64,000 bases of DNA, from assembly GCA_030704615.1 (NCBI GenBank), contig CM060733.1, positions 31,124,001 through 31,188,000 of the forward strand. The letters are read 5' to 3'. The translations under genes and the position numbers were made by a program. Source of the DNA: Takakia lepidozioides (taxonomy: Eukaryota; Plantae; Bryophyta). The notes beneath the pieces are model-generated. The model was given only the letters and a program-made list of their open reading frames with translations. It ran no database searches and was not told the DNA's origin. How positions within the stretch are numbered: the stretch's first letter is position 1; every line of letters starts with the position of its first letter. Below are positions 1-12,080 of the stretch, piece after piece.

Positions 1-1933
1 TCACGCGTGTTTTTCTAAGAGCTGACCTGTTTTGATGTCCATCATTGCACACCAAAATGGTGTTACAAGGAGGTAGAATGTCAGCAATTGAACGTCAATC
101 TCTAGCGTCATTCTTGTTGTTTTCATGTGGACTGGACGCCAAAGGAGAAACACCGTCGCTAACAATTTGTGCAAACAATCTCAACAATCATATGTACTTC
201 AAGGTGTTTGATATTGCGTATGCTCATGTAGCTGATTTCTATAGGAATTTTTTTGCTATTCTCATTTCAACAACGTTAGGTCCATTGAGACTGTCATATT
301 CCGAAATCGGAATCAGGCACTACCTACATGAAACCATCAACTAATAATTAAATCTCCAGTTCACTCAATCACAGCCCGGAAAAATATCTCAAGCTGTTGG
401 CCAACTACTTATGGGCTAGGGTGTTTCTCTGGAGTCTCATACAATGAATCGAAGATCTAGTTCTTAGCTGACATGCAACTGATGGTTTTATATTGGTCAA
501 TGATGGTGGATCGTGGCTGATACGTGAGTCTGAATATGACAGTCTCTAGGGACCTGATACTGTTCGCAGAGGAATAGCAAAACAACTACTATACAATTCA
601 GCTACAGGAACAACAATAACATCAAACACCTAGCAGTAAATAGAATTTTTGACATTACTTGTGACAGCTCCAATCGGTTAATTGATGGTTATTCAGTTGG
701 AGATTATTTAATCGGGGAACAGTTTACGAGTGCTTACAATAAATCGTCAGAAGTACCACAGCCTATCACAGATGAACCTCGACTGGTTATCCGACACTAT
801 TTCCTTGAAGATTTTGCAGAAAACGTCACTATCTCCATCAACGTACTCGCCACCGAACCACTCTCCAGAAGCATACGAACAACATACTTACTCCCCAATT
901 GGATACTTTCAGCATCTTACTCCAGGGTCAATTACTTGGACATTATGTTTTGAAGAACATATGAGTAATTCATCATCTTCGCGATTAATTGAAAGTTTGC
1001 AAGGCCACCAATTCTTCGAGAAGTACAGCTGAACTTCGGTCGCACAAGACATTTGTTGGTTGGCGTCATATTGGAGGATATTTTTTGTGGGGTCATCACC
1101 ATATCCATGATACTCGAGACATCATTTCAGGAACTTCTTCCATCTTTTGCTGACAAAAATCTGCAGAACAACAGAAGAATACAGATTTGAAAATGGTCCC
1201 TCTAACCTTGTCAAAATATCGTGATTTTGGGAAATGACTTTCCTCAAAATATTTTCATCATAAGTACGTCGGTCGACATCGTTTTGTGTTACCGGAGTTC
1301 AGCCCTCCTTCTAGAAGTTGATACTCTCATTGACATGGTTTACGTTACTTGTATTGGTCTATGCCGTATGGGACGAGACTTACTCAAATTGACATGGTTC
1401 TGAAATGGTTGTTTATCATCAATGTCTCCCCATTGTCTTTCATTTCATGTCATGATGTGCAGTCTGGATTTCAGACTTCTCCAACGACTCTCCATTTCTT
1501 CCTCTTGACTGGGTTCCCAATTCTTTCCCTCCACCTGGCTTACAGAGTTAGCCATTATCTGTCCTTCCTCTTGTGTGACAACCTGATTCCAATCATGGAA
1601 GTCATCCTCTATTTCTAGGTTGTTGTTCCCTAGTTCACCATTCCAAGCTTTCTGGCAAGCTTCCTGTATTATGGCAGCAGCCATGCTCTTATGGGTCTCT
1701 TCCTGAAGGAGTTCAGACATCCCTTGGTCCTCGAACAAGTCCTCCCCTTGACATCGTCTATTATTTCCTCAACTTGTGTCATTGTGCCATGTTTTGCTCA
1801 CATATTTGATTGATTTGTCTTGTACGTTACATAGTAACGGCCTTCACAAGCTTAGTCGCGGTTACGAATATGACTGGTGCTCCAATCATCCATCATGCCG
1901 CGGATCATGAAGCGAGTTATCACCCGACATCCA

Positions 1934-2152
1934 TTTTTTTAATTTATTTTTTAATGTAATGGAAACACCTGGGAGCGACAGCTCACAAATCAGGCCCCCT
2001 TAATATTATAACCTCTTTCATAGTAACCCCGCCATGTGACGTTGGAGTGGGACATCACCCAGGAACATACCACACCCGTCAGTAGCAAGATCAAACCCCA
2101 TAATCATCTGGGTGGCATTTAGTGCACTTCACCAACTGAGCTACTGACTGTT
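1934..2152 (-). mobile_element. tRNA-derived SINE-like element
   Basis: Minus strand shows a Pol III A-box (TAGCTCAGTTGG, 2143-2132), a degenerate B-box (GGTTTGATC, 2097-2089) and an A-rich tail (~1955-1934). No clear TSD. Confidence 0.55.
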
Positions 2153-3543
2153 GGTATCTCATTCAACTCTTATTAAACGTCTAGTGAACAGTGGAACTTG
2201 CTTTATGAGCCAAATAGAAACTGCTTTTTCTCTTGAAGTTTATACATAATGCTTCTTTATTGCTCATATTATATATTAATAGACAAACAATTATTTTTAT
2301 ATTTATATTTATATTTAAAATGATCCATTTAAATTCATTTAAATGATTTTAAAAAATACATATTCAGATATTTCTCCTTATTTCTGGACCAAACTTTAGT
2401 CCATATTTACTTAAAATTGTGTTACTAGCGTGTTATCACGAATGTGGAATTATGGAGCATTTATCGTTCTCTCCCTTTAGAAAACCTTGATAGCATCATA
2501 GTACTCCACATTGAAATTTCGAGGCAAATGGTAACGATCACTATCTTCTGCACTCATATCCCAATAGCTAATATTGTGTCCAATATCTTTGTGGTAGTCG
2601 CTTATCTTTTTGTAGTCACTGTTGATACAATTTTACTTGTCCTTACACATTTTCCCGTTCCGTGGTATCCTCGATTGAGTCATTGCAAGCACTGACTCTA
2701 CGATTCTGTTCCATTTTATGCCTGCGGGTACCATGACTGCCTTGCGACCAACGACATCTTTTTCTACAATATGCTCTCAATGCTTTAAGTAATTAAAGCC
2801 ATCACTTCGTCGTGGTGCCAATTTGTATGGCGTTGCCGTGGAGGTCCCCCGTTTCCTCTCCCTCTCCCCCTTCCTTGCCTGTGCCCCCTCCTCTTGCTCC
2901 ATTGTCCATTGACATCGATTCCTCTACTCCATCTATTTCCTCAATTTTTCGCGCAATCTTCTTGAATTTCTACACAAAACTTGTCTACAAATCGCTAATC
3001 ACTCTGTAATTACTACACAAGAGTGAGAGAGCGGGCTGGTGATAGTGGCGGGCAATAGTTATCAAAATGGAGGTGATATCTATAGACAATGGTAAGTGCT
3101 CACATCTACGATTTCGGAAGATTTTTCCTAAATGCTATTAAGCATTTGGGGGTAATAACCAACCTCTATAGTTGGTTTTAAGAAGGGTGATAGCGATGTC
3201 ATGTCAGCAAGACACGTCAGTAACTTATCAACGGAGTAGTGTAGGTCTCAACACTGATACTTAATAGCTGGTTTATTCACTCTGCTATCTCCAGGTTTGA
3301 ACGTACCCTTAGTACAAGTGACTTTGCGGAGCTACAAGAGTGAGTTTAGGTTTGGATAGCTCCTCTCAAGTGAAGATGTTTACATTGAGTGTATCGAGTG
3401 CCAATGTCAGTTGAAGCGCAAAACTGCCACATAGCACCGGCTAGTCAGTAGGGTATGTTCACATATACATGCACGACTTAAGAAATAGAGTGGATGAAAC
3501 ATCTTCAGCCAAACATTCACGAGCAACATTACTTAGACTCAAA

Positions 3544-4412
3544 GGCAGGTTCACACGACGAAAATCCGTCGGTCCCATCCGGACGTGGTAGCTGCAACGG
3601 GTGTGGCGGGCCGGGGTCCACCCTTGAGGAAGACGGCGAGGACGGGACGGACGGGCCTGGCCACTGTAGGTACTTCCCGCTGTCCGTCCCATCCCTCATT
3701 CCTTCTCCCCGGCTATCATGGCTAAAACATGTGTGTAGGGTTTAGCCGGAGGGCTCTTTATGAGAGCTTCTCTTGCTAAACTTATATGTTGCCTCACATG
3801 TGTGTAATATGGCGTGTGAACATGTTGCACCGTCAGTCCAGGGCTCAGAATTTTGTGTGACCTGGTCGTAATGAGGATGGGGCCCGCCTCATTAATATAG
3901 GAGCAAACTACCTTCATGCAGCGAGGACTTGGAATTTTTTTGGCATATGAAATTTACAACTACCTCCATGCAGGTAGTTTTAGGATTTTCTACATGAAGG
4001 TTAGTTGCAAAACCAAGCTGAAACTACCTGGCATGAGAGTAGCTACATACCCACCTCTTTCGAGGTAGTAGTAGTCGGCGCCTACCACCGGAAAACGTTT
4101 AGGGAATGGAGAACCCAAGAACTGCAGTGCCACATCACCATCGACCTACCACTAGACCACAACCCCCACGTACCAGACAATTGTAGTTTATATATATATA
4201 TATAAGAGAAACTGGGGAATAGGGATCGTTTTAATGTCGCGGGGCCCGCTGTCAGGTCCATGCCCCTCTGCACCCTGCGGCCTCATTATGACGAGGCCAC
4301 ACAAAATTCCGAGGCGTCGGTCCCGTCCGTCCCCCTTGACAAGTGCGGAGGGCCCACCAACTATGGCTAGATGGGACGGACTGATTTTTTCCGTGTGAAG
4401 TGTGAACCTGCC
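3544..4412. mobile_element. Non-autonomous PIF/Harbinger (Tourist-like) element
   Basis: TIRs GGCAGGTTCACAC (3544) and GTGTGAACCTGCC (ends 4412), with further subterminal inverted matches (3843-3876 vs 4281-4314). TAA/TTA TSD is degenerate. Confidence 0.6.
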
Positions 4413-4665
4413 TTCAGCCGCCCCCGAAGGTAACATTTAGAGGCAACGGCAGACCCAGGCACGGGTTCCTCGCATCTGCTAGATGTGCGAAGTCCGCATT
4501 GTGGGCTCTTAAATGAGCGTGCAAGCAAAGCTGGCTGATGGTGTGGCGCTCCATCAAGGGTAGACGCTAGATTTTACGAGTTCAAGCGAAGAGACTGGGG
4601 CCCAAAGCTGCCGGGGCCTGAAGTATTGAGTAGATTCTACATATTGGAGGGCTCCGTGGGTAGGT

Positions 4666-6237
4666 ATGACAAACCTGGTTGAGATCGACAGACTGTGGCA
4701 AGTGTATACGGGAACGATCAGAAATGGGGCCACTTTGGGTTCACTCTTTGCACTGCTGTTTGGCACTCTGGTGTTGTGGCTGGTTTTCCGGATTATTCCT
4801 CTCCAATCAGAGAAGAATCGGCTTAGAGGCCGGCCCCCACTTCCATCGGGTCGATTTGGGCTTCCAGTTATTGGGGAGACTCTTAGCTTCTTCTCCGCGT
4901 TGCGCAACAACAGACTTGGAGATTTCTTTCAGGTAATGCCAAGGACGCGACTAGATCATGCAGCTAGGTTAAATGCTTAGATGCTTAGACTAGACATACG
5001 TGTACTCAAATGATAGAGGTCTTGTTGTTTGCGGCTGAGCAATGTTATTGGAAACCTTGTACGTCATGAAGGGAACATGAAGACGTAGTGGGTTATGATT
5101 CCCGAGTTGGGCGGAGTGTTGAACAGACGAAGCGATTCTGGAGCAATGAATCACACACTTCCGTTCTCTTGCATGTCGACATCAGCTGTGGGATACCACC
5201 TCAGCGTGCTGTTGCGATAAATAACAAATGTGGAAGGAAAACTTTGCCACGAGCAGCTGAGCTATTATATTTAGTTGAGATCCGTGGCATTTGTTAATTT
5301 AACTATCGATCATCCACGTTGCATAAGTGAAATACAGTGTTGACACAATAGGTCAATTTCTGAGTCGCTAGATCTAGTCGATTGCAGAGCTGTGATATGT
5401 GTAATGCTGCCAAATGATCTCATGGTTTGATCTGGTCGCAGACTCGGGAGGAGAAATATGGAAGGGTGTTCAAAATATCGCTGATATTTACACAGACTGT
5501 ATGCTTGCCCGCGCCTGCTGGAAATAAGTTCACGTTTGCCAATGAGAACAAACTGTTTCGAAATAGATGGCCCGACCCAGCTCTCACCCTTCTTGGAAAG
5601 GAAGTCTTTTCTTACGGGACGCCCGACTCTCACAGGTAGTTAATACTCCTTGAATGATTGTCTTTTGAAATGGACAAACTTTCAATTGAAGAAACTTGCC
5701 AAAACAAGTGAACGATTTGTTTTATAGACTTCCTTTTAACTGGTACCATTTCAACAATGTTCAGCCGTAGAACTTCACCAAGTTTCCAAAGGTCTAAAGC
5801 GGATAGTCTAGTATTTGCAACATGTCTGTGTACATGACCACACGACATGTGGTTCGATGATCACTGCTCTACTGAAGATTCAAAAATACAATTGTAGATT
5901 GGCATGCAGGGAGAAATCAACAACTTCATACACAAGAAACTTGCCATCCAAACAATGTGCACGTGCTCGACCTCGATATTGTGAGACAATTTGACGCACG
6001 ATAAGAATTCCTTCACAAGTGCCTGCACAATGCTGCTACTTTGAACTAATCTCAACTACGGGGAGTTTGCACAGACATATCCGCCAAATCCTCATGACTT
6101 TCTTCAGTCCTGAATCGCTCGAGAGTTTTGTGCCAAGAATGGAGGTATCGGCAGCGGCCCACATATCCAAGCACTGGGAGAATCAAGACCAAGTGACAGG
6201 ATCTAAGTGCCTCAAACAATTTGCATTTGTTTTGTCA
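4666..6237 (+). pseudogene. 5' part of a CYP85-clan (CYP716-like) cytochrome P450: exons 4666-4932, 5442-5635, 6075-~6237; truncated and fused to an ABCB fragment
   Basis: TM anchor, PPLPSGRFGLPVIGETLSF, EKYGRVFK..., GNKF.F.NE.KLF...WP, FFSPESL..FVPRM. GT-AG sites are in phase. No I/K-helix or heme-binding region. Confidence 0.85.
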
Positions 6238-6402
6238 GTGATTGTTGTTGCTCAGGAAGGTGCAATTGTGGAGATAGGAAAGCATGAGGAGCTCCTGGCC
6301 AAGTGGCAAGGTGGGGCATATTCCACACTTGTGCGGCTGCAGGAAATGGCCACATTAAATGAGAAGGAACCCATTCTTTCCAGGGAGTCCTCTGGCATGT
6401 GA
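6238..6402 (+). pseudogene. ABCB (P-glycoprotein) fragment: end of NBD1 and linker
   Basis: VIVVAQEGAIVEIGKHEELLAK..GGAYSTLVRLQE is the typical ABCB NBD1 terminus. Possible donor GTGAGA at 6399. Confidence 0.8.
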
Positions 6403-6784
6403 GATGAAGATTTCTTTTTTGAGTTCCTCATATCCACAAAGCTTCTCTCCTACTGTTTTGAGACTGAAGAACACTTTTCACTTTTCACTGTCCCCTCTAC
6501 TATGACATCCGGGGTTGATACAACTGTCTATGTGGAGACAGCCAATCCCTTGCTGACCAGAAATGCTTGGCAGTGTATCTAAACAAGGCTCTCCAAGTAA
6601 TGGAATATCTTCGTGTTGAATAGTTGTTGGGGCTGCGCTTGTTTACGGCCATACTCACTTTTTCTTTCTCTTGTCCAATATGTTCTATGAGCTTTCCGCG
6701 GATTCTAGGAAGCGTCTTTCTTTCTTTGCCTATGTACATTTCATTTCATTTTCTCTATGGGTCTATGGTTGCAGTGTCTAAAGC

Positions 6785-9440
6785 CATGTCCAATGAAAAT
6801 GAGGTTCAACGCGTAGAACTTACTTGAATTTGTTTCCAGTTTGTGACATGGGCGAGGACCTAAAGGATGATCTGAAGGGCCTACCTACCCTCGGGACTGC
6901 ACTAAAATTAAACTAGGGGTGGGAAGCCTATCTTTGAACAAAAAACAGATGCAGAGAGGAAAAGGAGATAGTTGTTGCTGACTGTGCGCCTGAATACCTA
7001 CTCTCCATTTTCTGATACATTGTCTGACTCTTTCAGGTGTCACAGCCTAGATTAGCAAAGGTTGGTTATGGGCTTAAGCAAGCCATAAATAGTAAAAGTA
7101 TAAGAAAGGCTTTAAGCAAAGCCATGTACAGTAAAAGTATATGTATAGACTTACGCAAAGTCTAAAAGAAGGCTAGAGCCGGGTAAATCAAAAAGTATGC
7201 GATAAGAGCATAAAGAATAGCTACAGCCTGGATATCTTAAGAGCAAGGGGGTGAGACCTCAAAGAGTACTTCTAGGGGATTTGGTGCTTAGTCGAGAGAG
7301 GAGAACACAGTCAGGGAACAGAAGGACAAGTAGTCAGAGAGAGCGTGATGGTCAGACATGGTTACTCTAAGTCTTGAGAGAGCAAGGTAGTCTTAGCACC
7401 AAGAGGGATCATGTACTATCTTTAGTAAGCAGGCAAGAGAGGTCTCTAAGGTTGGGAGGTTATCTTGCTCAGAGGTGGCTTAGTTGTTAAGTACTTTCCA
7501 TAAAAGGTTTGATCGTTACATTTGGTATCAGAGCGATAGAATGACAGATCAGGGGAGTCAGGGTGCAGATGTACCACCAGTTGAGCTTAGGCCACCAGTA
7601 GAGGTTAGGCCCGAGTTTAATCACCAAGAAAGTTGTGGGAGCTCCTGAAGTAGCGAAGCTGTTTGTTCAGGATGTGTTTCGTCTGCATGGATTACCAATG
7701 TCCATAGTATCAGACAGAGATCCTAGATTTACTAGTCATTTTTGGATGCCGTGTTTAAGACTTTGGATACAAAGCTAAACATGAGCAGTGGAGATCATCC
7801 ACAGAGTGACGGACAGATTGAAAGAGTAAATCAAGTTCTAGAAGATATGTTGCGGGCCTATGTAGGTGACAGACCAACCTCATGGGAGAAGTATTTGCCA
7901 TTGTTAGAATTTGCATACAATGACTAAGTCCATTTGAGCTAGTATATGGGTATAGACCCATGAGCCCAGTTATGATTGGATTTCCACAAAATGTACCTAG
8001 TGCAGCAGAGTTTGTAACTCAAATGCAAGACCAGCTAGCAAGTGCAAGGTTGTATATCCGTAAGGCTTCAGATCGGGCTAAGAGTTATGCGGATAAGAAA
8101 TGCACTTTCAGGGAATTCAAGGTGGGGGACAAAGTGTTCCTATTGATACCATTACCTTCACCTACCCTTGTGAAAGGGAAAGGTAAGAAGAAGGGTAAGA
8201 AGTTATCTCCTCAATATTGTGGACCTTGGCTGATTGTGAAACGCATTAACAGTGTTGCATATAAGCTAGAGCTTCCAGAGTCATGCAAGATACATCTAGT
8301 GTTTCATGTCAGTAAGCTCAAGAGGTAGGTACATAATGGGGATAATTTGGTAGAATGAACTATATTTTTACAGGAAGGGTCAGAGAGTGACCAACACGGA
8401 CCTTGGCAGATTTTGGACAAGAAAGAACGCAGATTGCGTAGTCGTCTCATCAAGGAGTGTTTGGTTGCATGACATGGGCTTCCTTTGACTGATGGTACTT
8501 GGGAGTCTGAGCAGACACTGAGGCAGAAATACCCAGACTTTGTCATTGAGGACAATGACGAAGCTTTGAAGGGGTAGAGAATGTCACAACCTAGATTAGC
8601 AAAGGTCAGTTATGGGCTTAAGCAAGCCATAAATAGTAAAAGTATAAGAAAGGCTTTAAGCAAAGCCATATACAATAAAAGTATAAGTATAGACTTACGC
8701 AAAGTCTAAAAGAAGGCTAGAGCCGGGTAAATCAAAAAGTAAGCTATAAGAGCATAGAGAGATGTCAAGAATAGCTACAGCCTGGATATCTTAAGAGCAA
8801 GGGGGTGAGACCTCAAAGAGTACTTAAAGGGGATCTGGTGCTAAGTCGAGAGAGGTGAACACAGTCAGGGAATAGAAGGACAAGCAGTCAGAGGGGGCGT
8901 GATGGTCAGATGTGGTTACTCTGAGTCTTGAGAGAGCAAGGCAGTCTTAGCACCAAGAGGGATCCTGTACTCTTTAGCAAGCAGGCAAGAGAGGTCTCTA
9001 AGGTTGGGAGGTTATCTTGCTCAGAGGTGGCTTAGTTGTTAAAGTACTTTCCATAAAAGGTTTGATCGTTACATCATGAACATCAAGAAAATGGTTCATG
9101 CACCTTTGTTCACCAAGTTTGAAATCTTGAGGCTGAGCTTAAAGCCCTGGCCCTGTACAGGTACATTTTGCAGAGCCCACAAGTACCAATTTGCACACAT
9201 AATATGGTCGTCTAGGGTTTTGGGAGCGCCTAAGTGCTGGGAAGCTCACTTTCAGCAGGGATTTCTAGAGGATATCTGGAAAGCCCGACCTAGTTGTCTA
9301 TACCAAGGTAAGTCCCACTACTGGAGTGAGACCCCTCACAAAGGTAGAGTCTGTTCCCTTTTGTGCTGCCCAATCTGGGCGCAGGGTCTTTGGGCACAAG
9401 GCTACAGCAAACATCGTTTTGTAAGTACATCTCTACGGCT
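6785..9440 (+). mobile_element. Degenerate LINE 3' fragment (6785-7037 and 9074-~9440), split by an LTR element
   Basis: Homologous to the 12104-12742 ORF (GEDLKDDLKGLPTLGT...; PLFTKFE...GFLEDIWK...). Ends in tail gtacatctctacggctct. Confidence 0.75.
7038..9073 (+). mobile_element. Internally deleted Ty3/gypsy chromovirus: LTRs 7038-7520 and 8582-9073
   Basis: TG..CA LTRs, tRNA-Met PBS TGGTATCAGAGC (7523-7534), PPT before 8582, TSD tcagg/tcatg. Interior has only the integrase C-half ([32 protein letters not shown]) and a chromodomain (ILDKK..CLVA*HG..GTWE). Confidence 0.92.
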
Positions 9441-9699
9441 CTGGTTTTGTTTTGTTTTGTTGCATTTGGGTTGTTTTGGCCTCCCACAGCTGCAAAAAAA
9501 TTGTTTGTTGTTTTTCCTTCTCTCTTGCTCAGGCTCTCTTCCGCCTGTTCCATAAGCTCTTTGAGCTCCCCGTGGATGGTAGGACATTGAGACTAGAGAA
9601 TACTTTTTTTTTTTCACTTTTCTCGCTACTGTGAGATGCAGTGTCGATACAACTATCTAATTCCTTGCTGACCGGAAATTGGCAGTGGATCTGAGCGAG

Positions 9700-10320
9700 G
9701 CTCTCCAGGTAAGGCAATATCTTGACGTTGAATAGTTACTTTGGGCGGCTTATTTATTGCCTTACTCTCTCGACATCTTGGAACAGTTCTCCAATGACTA
9801 TGGGTTGCAAGTCAACCTTACAAAAACCAAGATCATGGTTTTCAATGGGCAGGCCGACCGCAGATTCTTCCTCAACAATCGGGAGGTGGAGATAGTCAAA
9901 TCCTACTGGTATCTGGGGCTGGTTATCCACTCCCCCAAATTCCACTTTGCAACCATTGCCCTGGATAGATTGACAAAAGGCAAGGCAGCCTCCATACGCC
10001 TTCACGCCAAATGCAAGCAGATACACCTGCGCCACCCACCGACCAAGAAGTGGCTGTTTGATAGCGTGGTCACCCCAAATGTCACTTTTGGTTGTGAATT
10101 CTGGGCACCTGCAGTCCCAATTTCCTGGTGGGAAAACAATCTAGAACCATTGGAGTCATCTTTCCTCCAAGCAATGCTTGGTGCCAGAGGCACAATTCCA
10201 TCGCACACATTGAATGCAGAATTTGCCTGTGTTTCATTGAAATTAATCGAACCAACATGACGGATATTCTCTCGCCCATGCAGAGAATAGACAAGGATCA
10301 CCCACGGATCTTGTAGTACA
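9700..10320 (+). mobile_element. LINE reverse transcriptase C-terminal fragment
   Basis: LEQFSNDYGLQVNLTKTKIMVF, VKSYWYLGL, LFDSVVTPNVTFGCEFW. Confidence 0.8.
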
Positions 10321-10855
10321 GAGGACAGTGAAAGAAGAAATGTTCTTCACTTTCAACTTCCCTCTTGTTTTCAGTTTTGAGAAAATGACATGCCTGGGAG
10401 CCAATCTGCATGAGGTATCTTGTTGTTGGGCATCGTCCACATTTTGCGTGAAGTGGTGTACTTCATCCCATGGGCCATTGGGGCCCATGATGGACCTCAA
10501 TCTGGATCATTGCCTATTTAGAAACAGCCAATCCATGGGAAAGGTGATCCATTATGCATATCAGAGATGCCTTGTGGCATATATAAATGAGGATATCCAA
10601 TTTAGAAAATTACTTGGTGACAGGTGGTTGGAGGCTCCCCTTTTCTGCTTTCCTACTATGTTTGCACCATGACCACTAGGACTTCCCCTACAATTGAAGT
10701 TTTAGGGATTTAAAAAAAAAATTATGGACTGGGCACTACACAACAATGTAGATGTCTAGTACTTGAAAGATTCACCCCCATGCTTCATGAATGAGCTCCT
10801 TAGCTGCAATAAAAAGATGTAAGCACCATCATAGAAAACCAGTAGTGGACGTTAC

Positions 10856-11263
10856 CTGCAAACATCTGCTCACGCACGCGCTTCACCAGGTTCTCTCCCA
10901 TGACACCAAAGGAATAGTGTTGGGCAAGGTAGCCAAACAAAGCGACAGCCCCAACCAAGCCTGCAAAATATAAGTGAATACTTGTTGATCTGTTTCTCCA
11001 TATTTCTATGATCTGTAATGTAGTAAGCACTCAAAACCAGGCTTATAAGAAGTGCAAATCCTGGGTTGAGGACACCCGTTATACACGATCCAACCGTACC
11101 AACGAGCAGGCATTCAGGCAAGTTCATCTTGAACATACGTAGAATGGATCCACGGGGGACTGGCTCTGAAATATCCATTTCTCTCATCGAAGACTCTGAG
11201 ACATCTGATCTGAAACTGTGGCTCGGCTTCCTGCCTGATTTTGACATGCTCGACCTGGAGATC
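10856..11263 (-). pseudogene. ABCB transporter exon (linker and start of TMD2), frameshifted
   Basis: VGTVGSCITGVLNPGFALLIS...QHYSFGVMGENLVKRVREQMFA, with an AG acceptor at 11265-11264 and a GT donor at 10855. Confidence 0.85.
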
Positions 11264-11769
11264 CTGTCAGGAGAGATTGACAGAAGAGAGTAAGAAGAAA
11301 TGTGTTACATCCACAGGAAGCCCTCAAGACCCATTTGCCACATCAGAACAACACGTGTAGGATTCTTTCACTGGTTCAGTGGTTCCCTTGTGTTGCTCAT
11401 TTCTCAGAGAGATGAAATGAATTGATACTGTATAGCATCCACAAATAAGGGATAAGAATATAGACCCCACCCCCAGTTCCGGCTCAACAAAAGGGAAAAG
11501 ACACTAGCTTTCTGAGGGGCTCACTCCAGCGATGGATGAAAGAAAGCCTGAAACAAGAAAGAGATGGGGTCCCCAACAAGCAGCCCCGCAGCAACTACTG
11601 ATCAATGGATTGCTTAGTATTTAATGCTTTGTGCAGAGATGCTGCCAAGCATCTGATCCTAGAAGTGGAGCACATCTGTGAGGGATTTGCTATCTCGGAA
11701 TAGACATGACGTCTCCCCCGAATCTCGAGAAAGCATGAAACAAGGAGAGAAAGGAAAAAAACAAACAAC

Positions 11770-12040
11770 AACAGGGAGAGAGCTCTCTGGTGAGAATATC
11801 CCCTACAATGTATCAGAAAATGGATATTGTCTTCAGGCTGCCCGCACAGCCGACATTTACAGTATCCTTTTCTTCTCTGCCCCTGTTTCTTGTAAGGTAG
11901 GCTTCCCACCCGGAGTATAAATTCCAGTCTAGTGCCGAGGGTAAGTAGGCCCTTGAGATCACCCTTAATGTCCTCGCCCATGTCAGACTCAAAACAAAGT
12001 TCAGGGAAGCTTTATGCCTCTAACTTCATTTTCATCGGAC
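11770..12040 (-). mobile_element. LINE 3' fragment (same family as 12081-13580)
   Basis: GEDIKGDLKGLLTLGTRLEFILRVGSLP...CRLCGQPEDNIHFLIHC. Confidence 0.8.
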
Positions 12041-12080
12041 AGTGTCGGGCAACTAACCATTCTGGCTTCAGACACTGCAA

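Noticed and set aside
1-1750. Possible decayed transposase or gene on the minus strand
   Set aside because: Coding-like composition, but no motif I can identify.
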